A program made the position numbers and the translations under genes. Source: an uncultured delta proteobacterium (GTDB taxonomy: Bacteria > Myxococcota > UBA727 > VGSZ01). From it: a DNA stretch of 64,000 bases. The stretch is taken from positions 192,001-256,000 of the forward strand of contig CAVZJB010000005.1 in the NCBI GenBank assembly GCA_963775425.1, in the 5' to 3' direction. The notes beneath the pieces are model-generated. The model was not told the origin of the DNA. It saw nothing but the letters and a program-made list of their open reading frames with translations, and did no database searches. The stretch's first letter is position 1, and the number at the start of each line of letters is the position of its first letter. This document shows, one piece after another, positions 53,485 to 62,246 of the stretch.

Positions 53485-55193
53485 AGCGGGTCGTACGAGC
53501 CGTCCTGGCGGCGCTGGTCCGGGATGCGCGCGCCGCTCCTGAGCGCCACCTCCATGAGGTCCACGGCGTCGACGCGGCCGTCGAGCGATACGTCGCCGGC
53601 GAGCGCGGGTGCCACGGTGCGCACCAGGGTCCATCGCGGATCCACCTCGACGAGGACGGTGTCCGCGCCGAGCTTGGCGGCGCCCGCGTGCGCGGCGTCG
53701 GCGCTCAGCACGGCCTCGGTGACGGTGCCGTCGGCGGCCACGGCGCGCACCGGGACGTCGACGTCGTAGTCGCCCTCGACGTCGATACAGAGCGTCTCGC
53801 CGTCGAAGCCGGCGCGCAGCGTGGGCCAGCCGGGCGCGCGCAGCCATTGGTCGAGGAACGTCGAGACGTCGCCGCCGCCGGCGTCGTCGATCTCCTCGGC
53901 GAGCGCGTCGACCGTGAGCTGCCCGGGGCCGCGGTCGACGAGCGCGCGCAGCGCGGCCGTGAAGACGTCGGCGCCGACCTTCTCTTCGAGGCTGCGCAGC
54001 ACCGTGGACCCCTTGTGGTAGGTGACGAGCACGTACGCGTCGGGGTCGTTGGCGGCGTCGAGGATGGCGAGGTCGGCGTCGCCGATCTGGGTCATGTACC
54101 AGACCGCGTTCATGCGCGTGCCCGCGGTGCGCACGTCGTCGTCGTCGACCCCGAGGGCGCGCCAGGCGCTGTACTCCGCGAACGCCTCCTGCAGGAAGCC
54201 GCCCTCGTCCGGGTTCGCCGCGGTGGTCATGCCGCCCCACCAAGAGTGCGCGAGCTCGTGCGCGGCGCCCTGCTCGACGATGAAGTCGAACTGGGGCCAG
54301 GTGACGAAGTCACCGAGGAAGATGTCGCCGAGCAGGCCCATGCCGCCGAACGGGTAGCGCCCGCTGACGGGGAGGTAGTGGATCTCGTCGACCGCGAGGG
54401 GGCCGTACATCTCCTCGTAGCGCGGCAGCACGCGCGCGCCGGTCTCGGCCACGCGCTGCATGACGTCGTGCGAGTCGCCGCCCTGGGCGTCGGCGGGGAC
54501 CCCGGCGACGACGCGCTTGCCGTCGCCGGCGGTGGTGGACACCGTGTCGACGTCGCGCGCGAACACGCCGAGCAGCTCGGTGTCCACCGCGATGTCGAAG
54601 CGCGACCGCGACGAGCCGTCGTCGAGGACGGCGCTGTCGACGGCGGCGCCCTGGCCGGCGGCGACGAACATGCCTGCGGGGGCGTGCACGGTGACGGAGC
54701 CGGAGAACGGGTCGCTGGCGAGGAGCGAGATCAGGTACCAGGCGGCGCCCGGCTCGTCGGGGAGGAGCACGACCTCGTCACCGTGGAAGGTGCAGGCGTC
54801 GAGCCCCGGTTGGACCCGGGACGCGCACGAGGGCGCCCCGTCCAGCACGAGGTGGACGTCGACGTCGGCGCCGCCGTCCGGGACGACGCCGTCGGCGGGC
54901 GTGAGCCACTGCACGAGGCCCGGGTACTGCGGCTCGTCCTCGAGGGTCGCGGGTTGGCCGCCGACCTCGACGTCGACGGCGGGCGCGACGAGCGCGTAGA
55001 TGGGCAGCGGCCCGTCGAGGTGCACGCGGGCGTCGACCTCGACGTGCAGTGTGTCTCCCGTGAGGTCGACGGCGATGTCCTGCGACAGGACATCGGAGGC
55101 GGCGCGGGCCGAAGGGGCGGACACGAGGGCGCAGGCGAGGGCGGCCGCGCAGCCGAGGCCGGCTGCGGAGGGACGGCGGGCGGGGGCGATCAT
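53403..55193 (-). CDS. Secreted M1-family zinc aminopeptidase with a C-terminal dockerin-like domain
   Basis: Signal peptide; AHELAHSWWG...LQEAFAEY and YHKG; C-terminal twin Ca-loops GDVSLDGRVDAVDL and YDVDNSGAVDDADV. Confidence 0.85.
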   Translation of the reverse strand: MIAPARRPSAAGLGCAAALACALVSAPSARAASDVLSQDIAVDLTGDTLHVEVDARVHLDGPLPIYALVAPAVDVEVGGQPATLEDEPQYPGLVQWLTPADGVVPDGGADVDVHLVLDGAPSCASRVQPGLDACTFHGDEVVLLPDEPGAAWYLISLLASDPFSGSVTVHAPAGMFVAAGQGAAVDSAVLDDGSSRSRFDIAVDTELLGVFARDVDTVSTTAGDGKRVVAGVPADAQGGDSHDVMQRVAETGARVLPRYEEMYGPLAVDEIHYLPVSGRYPFGGMGLLGDIFLGDFVTWPQFDFIVEQGAAHELAHSWWGGMTTAANPDEGGFLQEAFAEYSAWRALGVDDDDVRTAGTRMNAVWYMTQIGDADLAILDAANDPDAYVLVTYHKGSTVLRSLEEKVGADVFTAALRALVDRGPGQLTVDALAEEIDDAGGGDVSTFLDQWLRAPGWPTLRAGFDGETLCIDVEGDYDVDVPVRAVAADGTVTEAVLSADAAHAGAAKLGADTVLVEVDPRWTLVRTVAPALAGDVSLDGRVDAVDLMEVALRSGARIPDQRRQDGSYDPLYDVDNSGAVDDADVDTVLAYALGKQP

Positions 55194-55789
55194 CGGGACA
55201 CCTCGAGCGTGAGCGTGCCGCCGGCGGCGGCGAGGGGGACGAAGGCGCCGTCGGCGGTGCGGGCCAGGGCGTCGACGAGCTCCACGCGGGACGCGCCGGC
55301 GTCGACGCCGTGGACCTCGACGGTGGCGAGGTCGCCGTCGGCCACCGCCGACTGCACCGCGCTCGTATGCGAGCCCCCGAGGGCGACGTCCGCGCCGTCC
55401 ACGTGGGCGAGCGTGCGCGCGTCGTCGCCGAGGAACGCGGTGGCGGCGGCGTCGTCGACGGCGACGAGGGCGGGGTCGACGCGGAGGTGGGCGGACACGC
55501 CGAGAACCTCGCCGAGGCCGTGCGCGCGGACGTGCAGCGTGGCCCGGCCGCCCTCGACGTCGGCGGCCACGGTGAGGGCGGGGCCGGCGCCGGCGCCGTC
55601 GGCGGCGAAGCCGGGTGGGCCGGCGCAGGCGGCGACGAGCACGAGCACGAGCCCGAGCGCGAGCACGGGGGCGCAGGTCCATCGCAGCGCGGACGGCGTC
55701 GTCGACGAGAGCGGCGCGCCGGGCGCGCGGGGCGAGCCCGCACCGCCGAGGGCTGCGCAGGGGGAGGGGGAGGAGGTCGGGGTGTGCAT
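55190..55789 (-). CDS. Putative lipoprotein with a cohesin-like beta-sandwich domain
   Basis: Lipobox VAAC; VLGVSAHLRVDPALVAV, AFLG, VALGGS, DGDLATVEV and GASRVEL follow the cohesin pattern; ATGA overlap with the peptidase gene. Confidence 0.6.
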   Translation of the reverse strand: MHTPTSSPSPCAALGGAGSPRAPGAPLSSTTPSALRWTCAPVLALGLVLVLVAACAGPPGFAADGAGAGPALTVAADVEGGRATLHVRAHGLGEVLGVSAHLRVDPALVAVDDAAATAFLGDDARTLAHVDGADVALGGSHTSAVQSAVADGDLATVEVHGVDAGASRVELVDALARTADGAFVPLAAAGGTLTLEVSR

Positions 55790-55916
55790 GCCGCCGGTCT
55801 CGCAGCCCGGGCGGTTCCGGGCTCGGCGATCCGTGCGCGATCGACAGGCGATTCGTGCGCGCCGGCCTTCGACGCCACATCGTTGGCCCCGCGCGGCGGA
55901 GGCGCTACGAGGGCTC

Positions 55917-57512
55917 GTGGCCACCAAGAGCGAGACCGGAGAGGTCGAGGTCATGCTCGGCCTCGACGAGGCCGACGACGCCGACGCGCTCCGCACGAAG
56001 GCCGCCAAGGCCCTCGGGCTGCCGCCGTCGGCGGTGCCGTTGGCGCGCGTGGTGCGCAAGGCCATCGACGCCCGCCGGGGCGGCGTGCGCTTCCGCGTCG
56101 TCCTCTCGCTCGCGCCCGCGCCCGACCCGTCCACGCTCGGCCGCCCCTGGCCCCGCGAGGTGAACAAGTCCGCGCGCGTCGTCGTCGTCGGCGACGGCCC
56201 CGCCGGCCTGTTTTGCGCCTACGAGCTCGCGCGCCGCGGCGTGGCCTCGGTGGTCCTCGATCGCGGCAAGGGCGTGCAGCCGCGCCGCGTGGACTTGAAG
56301 GGCCTGAACCGGCGCGGCGTCGTCGACGAGGACAGCAACTATTGCTTCGGCGAGGGCGGCGCGGGCACCTACAGCGACGGCAAGCTCTACACGCGCAGCA
56401 CCAAGCGCGGCGACGTGCGCGACGTCCTCGAGACGCTCGCGCTCCACGGCGCCCCCGTCGACATCCTCACCGACGCCCGGCCGCACATCGGCTCCAACCT
56501 CCTGCCCAAGGTCGTCACCGCGCTGCGCGAGCGCCTCGAGGGCTGCGGCGTCGAGGTGCGCTTCGAAAAGCGCGTCACCGGGCTCGTGCTCGACGGCGCT
56601 CCTCCCGACGCCCGCGTCCGCGCCGTGCGCTGCGCCGACGGCGACGAGCTCCCTTGCGACGCCGTGGTCCTCGCCACCGGCCACTCCGCGCGCGACGTCT
56701 ACCGCATGCTGCACGCGCAGGGCGTCCGCCTCGAGGCCAAGCCCCTGGCCATGGGCGTGCGCATCGAGCACCCGCAGCCGCTCATCGACGAGATCCAGTA
56801 CGGCGCCGCCGCCGGCCACGCGAAGCTCCCGAGCGCGGCGTACCGCCTGGCGCACACCGTCGACGAGCGCGGCGTGTTCTCGTTCTGCATGTGCCCCGGC
56901 GGCTTCGTCGTCCCCGCGGCCACCGACAAGACCGGCCTGGTGGTGAACGGCATGAGCCTCAAGCGGCGCGACTCCCCGTTCGCAAACTCGGGGCTCGTGG
57001 TGGCGGTTGAGCTCGAAGACGCGGCGCGCGCCGGCCACGCAGGACCGTTCGCGCTCGAAGAGGTCCAGCGCGCGCTCGAAGAGGCCGCGCTCGCGGCCGG
57101 CGGAGGCGCGCTCAAGGCGCCCGCGGTACGCGCCACGGACTTCGTCGCCGGCCGCGGCTCGTCGACGCTGCCGAGGACCTCGTACCAGCCGGGCATCGTC
57201 CCCGGCGACGTCGCCGCCGTCCTCGACGCCGCCGGCGTCGCGCTCGCGGACAAGCTGCGCGGAGCGCTCACCGCGTTCGACCGGCGCATGCGCGGGTTTC
57301 TCACCGAGGACGCGGTGCTCGTCGGCGTGGAGACCCGCACGAGCGCGCCGGTGCGCATCCCGCGCGACGACGACACGCTCGAGTCCGTCGACGTGCGTGG
57401 CCTCTATCCGGCGGGAGAGGGCGCCGGCTACGCCGGCGGCATCGTCAGCGCCGCCCTCGACGGCGTCCGCATCGCGAGGGCGATCGCCGCCGGCGGGGCG
57501 CGCTCGCCCTGA
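55917..57512 (+). CDS. FAD-dependent oxidoreductase (COG2509-like)
   Basis: VVGDGPAG, FGEGGAGTYSDGKL, FCMCPGG and GEGAGYAGGIVSAALDG. The start is approximate. Confidence 0.9.
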   Translation: MATKSETGEVEVMLGLDEADDADALRTKAAKALGLPPSAVPLARVVRKAIDARRGGVRFRVVLSLAPAPDPSTLGRPWPREVNKSARVVVVGDGPAGLFCAYELARRGVASVVLDRGKGVQPRRVDLKGLNRRGVVDEDSNYCFGEGGAGTYSDGKLYTRSTKRGDVRDVLETLALHGAPVDILTDARPHIGSNLLPKVVTALRERLEGCGVEVRFEKRVTGLVLDGAPPDARVRAVRCADGDELPCDAVVLATGHSARDVYRMLHAQGVRLEAKPLAMGVRIEHPQPLIDEIQYGAAAGHAKLPSAAYRLAHTVDERGVFSFCMCPGGFVVPAATDKTGLVVNGMSLKRRDSPFANSGLVVAVELEDAARAGHAGPFALEEVQRALEEAALAAGGGALKAPAVRATDFVAGRGSSTLPRTSYQPGIVPGDVAAVLDAAGVALADKLRGALTAFDRRMRGFLTEDAVLVGVETRTSAPVRIPRDDDTLESVDVRGLYPAGEGAGYAGGIVSAALDGVRIARAIAAGGARSP

Positions 57513-57522
57513 GCGCCGCGGG

Positions 57523-58263
57523 TCAGACCCTGAGGGTGTCGACGTCGTCGATGGCTTTGTCGAGCACCGCGCGCAGCGACCGCAACGCCGCGTTGGGGTC
57601 GCGCCCCGGGGAGAGGAGCACGGAGGTGGCGCAGCCCCAGACGTCGCCGGAGACGCGCAGGACGGTCTTCATGTCGTCGCCGCCGTCGCGCCCCCTGAGC
57701 GCGAGCAAGGAGAACAGCGGCGAGCGCAACCTCTTCACCATGCGCGTGAGGGGGGCGATCAGCGTCGGCCCGGCGAGGCCCTCGCCGGCGACGATCCTGC
57801 GCAGCTCCACCCGGAGCTCGCGCAGCTCCTGCTCGATGCGCAGGCGGATGTGCTCGTCGATGATGACGAGGCCGGCGAACGGATCGGAGCCGTGCAGCAC
57901 GGCGTGGCAACGGCGGATGTCGTCGTAGAGCACCGGGAAGACGTCGGCGGAGCGCGGCACCTCGCCGGCCACCACGATGAGCGCCTGCACGCGCGCCGCG
58001 GCCCGCGCGATGCGCAGGGCGGGGCCGACGCTCTCGAGGATCTCCGGCGTGTCCTCGCGCAGCACGACGATGATGTCGACGTTGCTCACGCGCGAGTCGT
58101 ACCCGCCGCGCACGATGCTCCCGAAGGCGATCACAGACTCGAGCGAGTCCCCGAGCGTCTTTCGCAGCGACGCGATCAGCTCCTCGACGCGCGTGCGCAC
58201 CATGATGGGCATCATCGCGAGGACGGTGGCGGCGGGGACGGCCTTCTTGATGGGAGCGTTCAT
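57523..58263 (-). CDS. Pol-beta-superfamily nucleotidyltransferase domain protein with a helical C-terminal domain
   Basis: FGSIVRGGY...SNVDIIVVL and DVFPVLYDDI...VLHGSDPF. Confidence 0.78.
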   Translation of the reverse strand: MNAPIKKAVPAATVLAMMPIMVRTRVEELIASLRKTLGDSLESVIAFGSIVRGGYDSRVSNVDIIVVLREDTPEILESVGPALRIARAAARVQALIVVAGEVPRSADVFPVLYDDIRRCHAVLHGSDPFAGLVIIDEHIRLRIEQELRELRVELRRIVAGEGLAGPTLIAPLTRMVKRLRSPLFSLLALRGRDGGDDMKTVLRVSGDVWGCATSVLLSPGRDPNAALRSLRAVLDKAIDDVDTLRV

Positions 58264-59123
58264 CAGGTCTGCACCGGTGCCTCGGGGAGCAGCAGCCCGC
58301 CGAGCGGCAAGAGGGAGGAGGGCAGGGGCGAGCGCCGAAGCAGGCGGCGTCCTCGCAGCGCGACGGCCAGCGCGACGTCCTCCGGCGCCGTGCGCGCGCC
58401 CGCGGCGACGTCCTCGGTGAGCGCGACGGTGTGCTCTTCGAGCCAGTGGCGGTACGCGCGCAGCGTGCGGCCTTCGCGGCCCGCGACCAGGGCGGCGCCG
58501 AGGAGCGCGACGGGGCCCACGACGAGGAACACGAGCTCGGCGAAGGGACGGAGCTGCTCGGCGAGCGCGTGGCCCGCGCCGAACAGGAAGATGGCGCCGG
58601 CGAACGCGACGAACACGGCGACCGACCCTGCCCGCGCGAGGCCGCCGCGGCGCAGCCCCGCGCGCGCGAGCGCCTCGTCGTAGTGGCCGTCGAGCGCGAC
58701 GCGTGCCGCGGCGCGGACCGCGGCTTGTGAGGCGGCGCGCGCGTCGAAGGTCTGCGGCAGGCGGCTCAGCTCGTCGTGGAGCGGGCGCAGCGGCGGTTGC
58801 GGCGCGGCGTCGGCGAAGACACGGAACACCGGTCGTGGATCACCGGCGGCGCGCGGCGCCTCGACGAGCCACCCCTCGGCCACCGCGCCGGCCAGCAGAG
58901 CCTGGCGCAGGCGCGCCGGCGAGCGCGCCCACGAAAACAGCAGGATCTCGTCGAGCGCCGGCAGCACGCCGATGCGCAGCGGAGACGGGCGCTGCGGGTC
59001 TCCCTCGAGCATGTCGCCGACGGCGACCTGCAGGCTCACAGCGCCGAGCAGCGCGAACAGCCAAAGCACGGCGTACAAGAGCGCGAACATCGACGAATTG
59101 AAGGGCCAGACGTCGAAGTCCAT
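58263..59123 (-). CDS. Membrane protein, TIGR04222-like
   Basis: N-terminal WPFNSSMFALLY TM, a soluble middle, two more TMs and C-terminal LAVALRG. Confidence 0.55.
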   Translation of the reverse strand: MDFDVWPFNSSMFALLYAVLWLFALLGAVSLQVAVGDMLEGDPQRPSPLRIGVLPALDEILLFSWARSPARLRQALLAGAVAEGWLVEAPRAAGDPRPVFRVFADAAPQPPLRPLHDELSRLPQTFDARAASQAAVRAAARVALDGHYDEALARAGLRRGGLARAGSVAVFVAFAGAIFLFGAGHALAEQLRPFAELVFLVVGPVALLGAALVAGREGRTLRAYRHWLEEHTVALTEDVAAGARTAPEDVALAVALRGRRLLRRSPLPSSLLPLGGLLLPEAPVQT

Positions 59124-59130
59124 GTCGCGC

Positions 59131-60480
59131 TCAGCCGAAGCTGATGGTCTGCTGGCCCGGAGGGAGGATCTTGACCGGCTGGATGGCCATCACCTTCATG
59201 AACACTCGCAGAAGGAACGGGTCGAACTTGTACTGCATGTCGCTCATCATCAACGTGAGCGCGACCTCGGGGCCGTACGCTTCGCGGAACGGGCGCGCCG
59301 ACGTGAGCGCGTCGTAGCACGCGGCGACGTTGATGATGCTGCCGTACACGCCGAGCTCGACCTTGGGCAACATGAGCTTCACGTTGCCGTCCTTGTCCTT
59401 CATGGGCACCGAGTAGTCGACCTTGGACTCGTAGGCCGCGATGATCCGCTTGGTCATCTGGATGTCGAGGCTTCGGCCCTTGAGGAGCGTCTTCACGGTG
59501 TGCAGCGGGAAGAGATCGATCTTCCTGCGCTCGTCTTTGGAGAGCTGGCGGCGCTTGTTGAGGATGCTCGAGTCGATCTCGGCCATGCCGATGTCGTGAA
59601 AGAGCCCCGCCATGCCGAGCTCGTGCATCTGGCCGCGGTTCATGCCCAGCTCCTGGCCGAACACGATGCAGATGAGCATGGTGTTGACGGAGTGGAACAG
59701 GAGGTACTCCTCCACCGAGCGCGACGTCGTCATGCCGAGGAAGTGAGAGCGCTGCTCGCTGGCGATGTCGACGAAGTCCTGCACCAGGCGCTGGGCCGGC
59801 TGCATGGACGGGAGCTGGCCGCCGCTCTGCAGGCGCTCGATGAACTTGCGCATGTAATAGACGCTGCGCGCGTACACCGTGAGCGCGTACTTCTTGCGAT
59901 CGACCTTGCGCTCGGCCTCGATGGCCGCGTCCTCCATCTTGTCGAGTTGGTCGCGGATGCGCGCGAACTTGCCGACCTTGATGTTGAGGAGCTTGCGGCC
60001 CTGGACGCCGTCTTCCTCGGCGCCCTTGTCGTTTTGCGGCGAGAAGATCCAGATGAAGTCCTTGAGCTCCTGGATCTGTACGGGGCGGTTGACGTTGAAG
60101 CCGCCGACGTCGCGGCCCTTGAACTCGTCGGTGAGGAAGCGGACGTTGTCGAGCGACGCGAAGTCGAGCGCGAGCTGCTTGCTGTTGACGTACACCGACG
60201 TGCCGTTGGCCTGGAGCTGGAACGTGCCGTCCACGGCGACGATGGTGTTGATGGCGTTTCGCAGCGCTTCGAAGGGCTGGACGAAGATGTCGTTGTCCGG
60301 GTCGTACATCTTCACGTTGCGCACGAGCATGTACAGGGTGGAGATGGCCTGGCGGCCGAGCTGCTGGAGCTTGGCCTCGCGCCCGCGGGTCACGGGCGGC
60401 GCCGCCTTCTTCAGATCGAGCTGCCCGATGGCCGCGCCGCGCGCACCCTTGTCACTCGGGGGGGCCTTGCCGGTGGTCAT
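59131..60480 (-). CDS. HD-GYP-like domain protein with degenerate metal and GYP motifs
   Basis: HSVN, GLFHDIG, ILNK and YDALTSARPFR are present; HP is FP, HHE is AYE and GYP is absent. Confidence 0.85.
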   Translation of the reverse strand: MTTGKAPPSDKGARGAAIGQLDLKKAAPPVTRGREAKLQQLGRQAISTLYMLVRNVKMYDPDNDIFVQPFEALRNAINTIVAVDGTFQLQANGTSVYVNSKQLALDFASLDNVRFLTDEFKGRDVGGFNVNRPVQIQELKDFIWIFSPQNDKGAEEDGVQGRKLLNIKVGKFARIRDQLDKMEDAAIEAERKVDRKKYALTVYARSVYYMRKFIERLQSGGQLPSMQPAQRLVQDFVDIASEQRSHFLGMTTSRSVEEYLLFHSVNTMLICIVFGQELGMNRGQMHELGMAGLFHDIGMAEIDSSILNKRRQLSKDERRKIDLFPLHTVKTLLKGRSLDIQMTKRIIAAYESKVDYSVPMKDKDGNVKLMLPKVELGVYGSIINVAACYDALTSARPFREAYGPEVALTLMMSDMQYKFDPFLLRVFMKVMAIQPVKILPPGQQTISFG

Positions 60481-62237
60481 GTCCCGAGCAACCGCGCTTT
60501 GACGTTGATGGCCGCGGCGCGGGCGGTCTCCATCACGTCCTTGCTCTGCCGCTTGGGATCCTGCGCCACCGCCGCGAGCATCTGCAGGCCGGGGATGGAC
60601 GGCGACGACTCGAGGCCGCCGATGGCGAGGAGCTTCATGTCGTCGACCTTCTTCTTGGCGAGGAACCCGCTCTTCTGCTCGAAGATGTCACGAATGAAGG
60701 CTTCGGTCTGCGACGAGCGCACCTGCACGAGCGCGGTGAACATCGCCTTCTTCTCGGGGTCGGAGAGCCGGTCGAACGACTCCGCACGGACGATGTCGAC
60801 GAGGAGCTGGCCCGCGGTCTCCGGCGGGAAGTTGGGCAGCATGCGCGCCGCCTGTGAGCGCATCTGCGCGTCGGGGTGTTGGGTGAGGACCTTGGCGATG
60901 TACTCGAAGCACTCGTCGGTGCCGTTCCGGCCGATGACGGCGAGGGTCTCGAGGCGGAGGATGGCGTTCGGGTGCTCGAGCACCTGCGCGAAGATGGCGA
61001 ACTTCTCGGGCGGGTTGATCTTGTCGATGACGTAGATCATGTCCTTGACGAGGTTCGACGACGGGTGCGCGAGCCGCGTGGCGAACGTGTCGACGTAGGC
61101 GGCGCCGAGGTCGGCGAGCACGTCGCAGACGAGGCGCCGGTTGGGCAGGAGCTGAAGCGTCTCCAGCATGTCGATGAGCGGCGGGATGGCGTCCACGCCG
61201 AGGGACTGCAGGTAGCGGCGGATGCCGTCGGCGTCCTTGGCGATGCCGGCGTTCAGGATCTGGCCGATGGCCTGCACGCGTTGGCTCTCGCCCATGCGGC
61301 CGATGAAGCGCAGCTCGCAGCGCTGGATCATGTCGCGCGACGACGACTTGGACGCCTTCTGCGCCGAGACCTTGAAGCGCGCGCGGATCTGGTCGATGGC
61401 GGTGAAGTTCTCGGAGAGGATGAGCGCGTCGAGCAACTGCACGAACGCCTCGGCGACGTCCTCGAAATTCTCTTCGGTGGTGTCGAGCTCGAGGAGCTGG
61501 AACAGCACCACCACCATCTTGGAGAGGTGGCGGGAGTCCTCGCGGCTGATCACCTGCTGGATGCGGGCCTTGTCACCAGGGGTGGCCGTGGCGCCCTGGA
61601 TGACGGCGCCGCGCATCTGGTCGACGTCGTCGAGCTGGAGGTCGAGGTCGTCGGAGCTGACGCGGGCGAAGCGCAGGTAGTCGTCGGAGTTGGATTGCAG
61701 TTGGCGGTAGAGGTACGCGACGACCTTCTCGACCTCGACCTCGACCTCTTCGATGTCCTCCTCGGCGAGGACCTTGAAGCCCTCGACGACGACGTACTCG
61801 ATGTACTCGAGCTCGGCCTTCCACAACTGCGTGATGATGTCCTCGCGGTTCTTCCGCTGGTCGTCCATGGCGCCCATGCACAACAGGAAGAACCGCTGGA
61901 TCTCCTCGGACGTGATGCCGTTTTTGAAGATCAGCAGGCGGATGCCCGCCTGCCACAGCGGATAGATGAGGTTGTTCTCGCGGCTGTCGTCTTCGAAGAT
62001 GACGTGCTGGCCGAGCTTGTAGGCGACGGGATCGACCTTGAGCGAGATCATGTTGTGCTGCGCGAGCAGGTCTTGCAGCGCCGTCATGAACGGCTCGAGG
62101 TACTCGCCGTAGCGGTCGACGTTGTGGCGGTACAGCGAGATCTGCTTGAGCGACTTGCGGAGCTTCTCGAACGCCGGGCGCGCCTCCTCGGCGAGGCGCG
62201 CGTTCTTCTCGAGCTGTGCTGCCGCCGCGTCAGCCAT
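60477..62237 (-). CDS. HEAT-repeat domain protein
   Basis: Repeated helical units (LEHPNAILRLETL, QHPDAQMRSQAARML); ATGA overlap with the HD gene. Confidence 0.82.
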   Translation of the reverse strand: MADAAAAQLEKNARLAEEARPAFEKLRKSLKQISLYRHNVDRYGEYLEPFMTALQDLLAQHNMISLKVDPVAYKLGQHVIFEDDSRENNLIYPLWQAGIRLLIFKNGITSEEIQRFFLLCMGAMDDQRKNREDIITQLWKAELEYIEYVVVEGFKVLAEEDIEEVEVEVEKVVAYLYRQLQSNSDDYLRFARVSSDDLDLQLDDVDQMRGAVIQGATATPGDKARIQQVISREDSRHLSKMVVVLFQLLELDTTEENFEDVAEAFVQLLDALILSENFTAIDQIRARFKVSAQKASKSSSRDMIQRCELRFIGRMGESQRVQAIGQILNAGIAKDADGIRRYLQSLGVDAIPPLIDMLETLQLLPNRRLVCDVLADLGAAYVDTFATRLAHPSSNLVKDMIYVIDKINPPEKFAIFAQVLEHPNAILRLETLAVIGRNGTDECFEYIAKVLTQHPDAQMRSQAARMLPNFPPETAGQLLVDIVRAESFDRLSDPEKKAMFTALVQVRSSQTEAFIRDIFEQKSGFLAKKKVDDMKLLAIGGLESSPSIPGLQMLAAVAQDPKRQSKDVMETARAAAINVKARLLGT

Positions 62238-62246
62238 ACCCTGTCC

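Noticed and set aside
52704-57512. 1602-aa ORF
   Set aside because: Only the part from about 55917 has oxidoreductase motifs. The rest is off-frame or antisense to AraC, the M1 peptidase and the cohesin-like gene.
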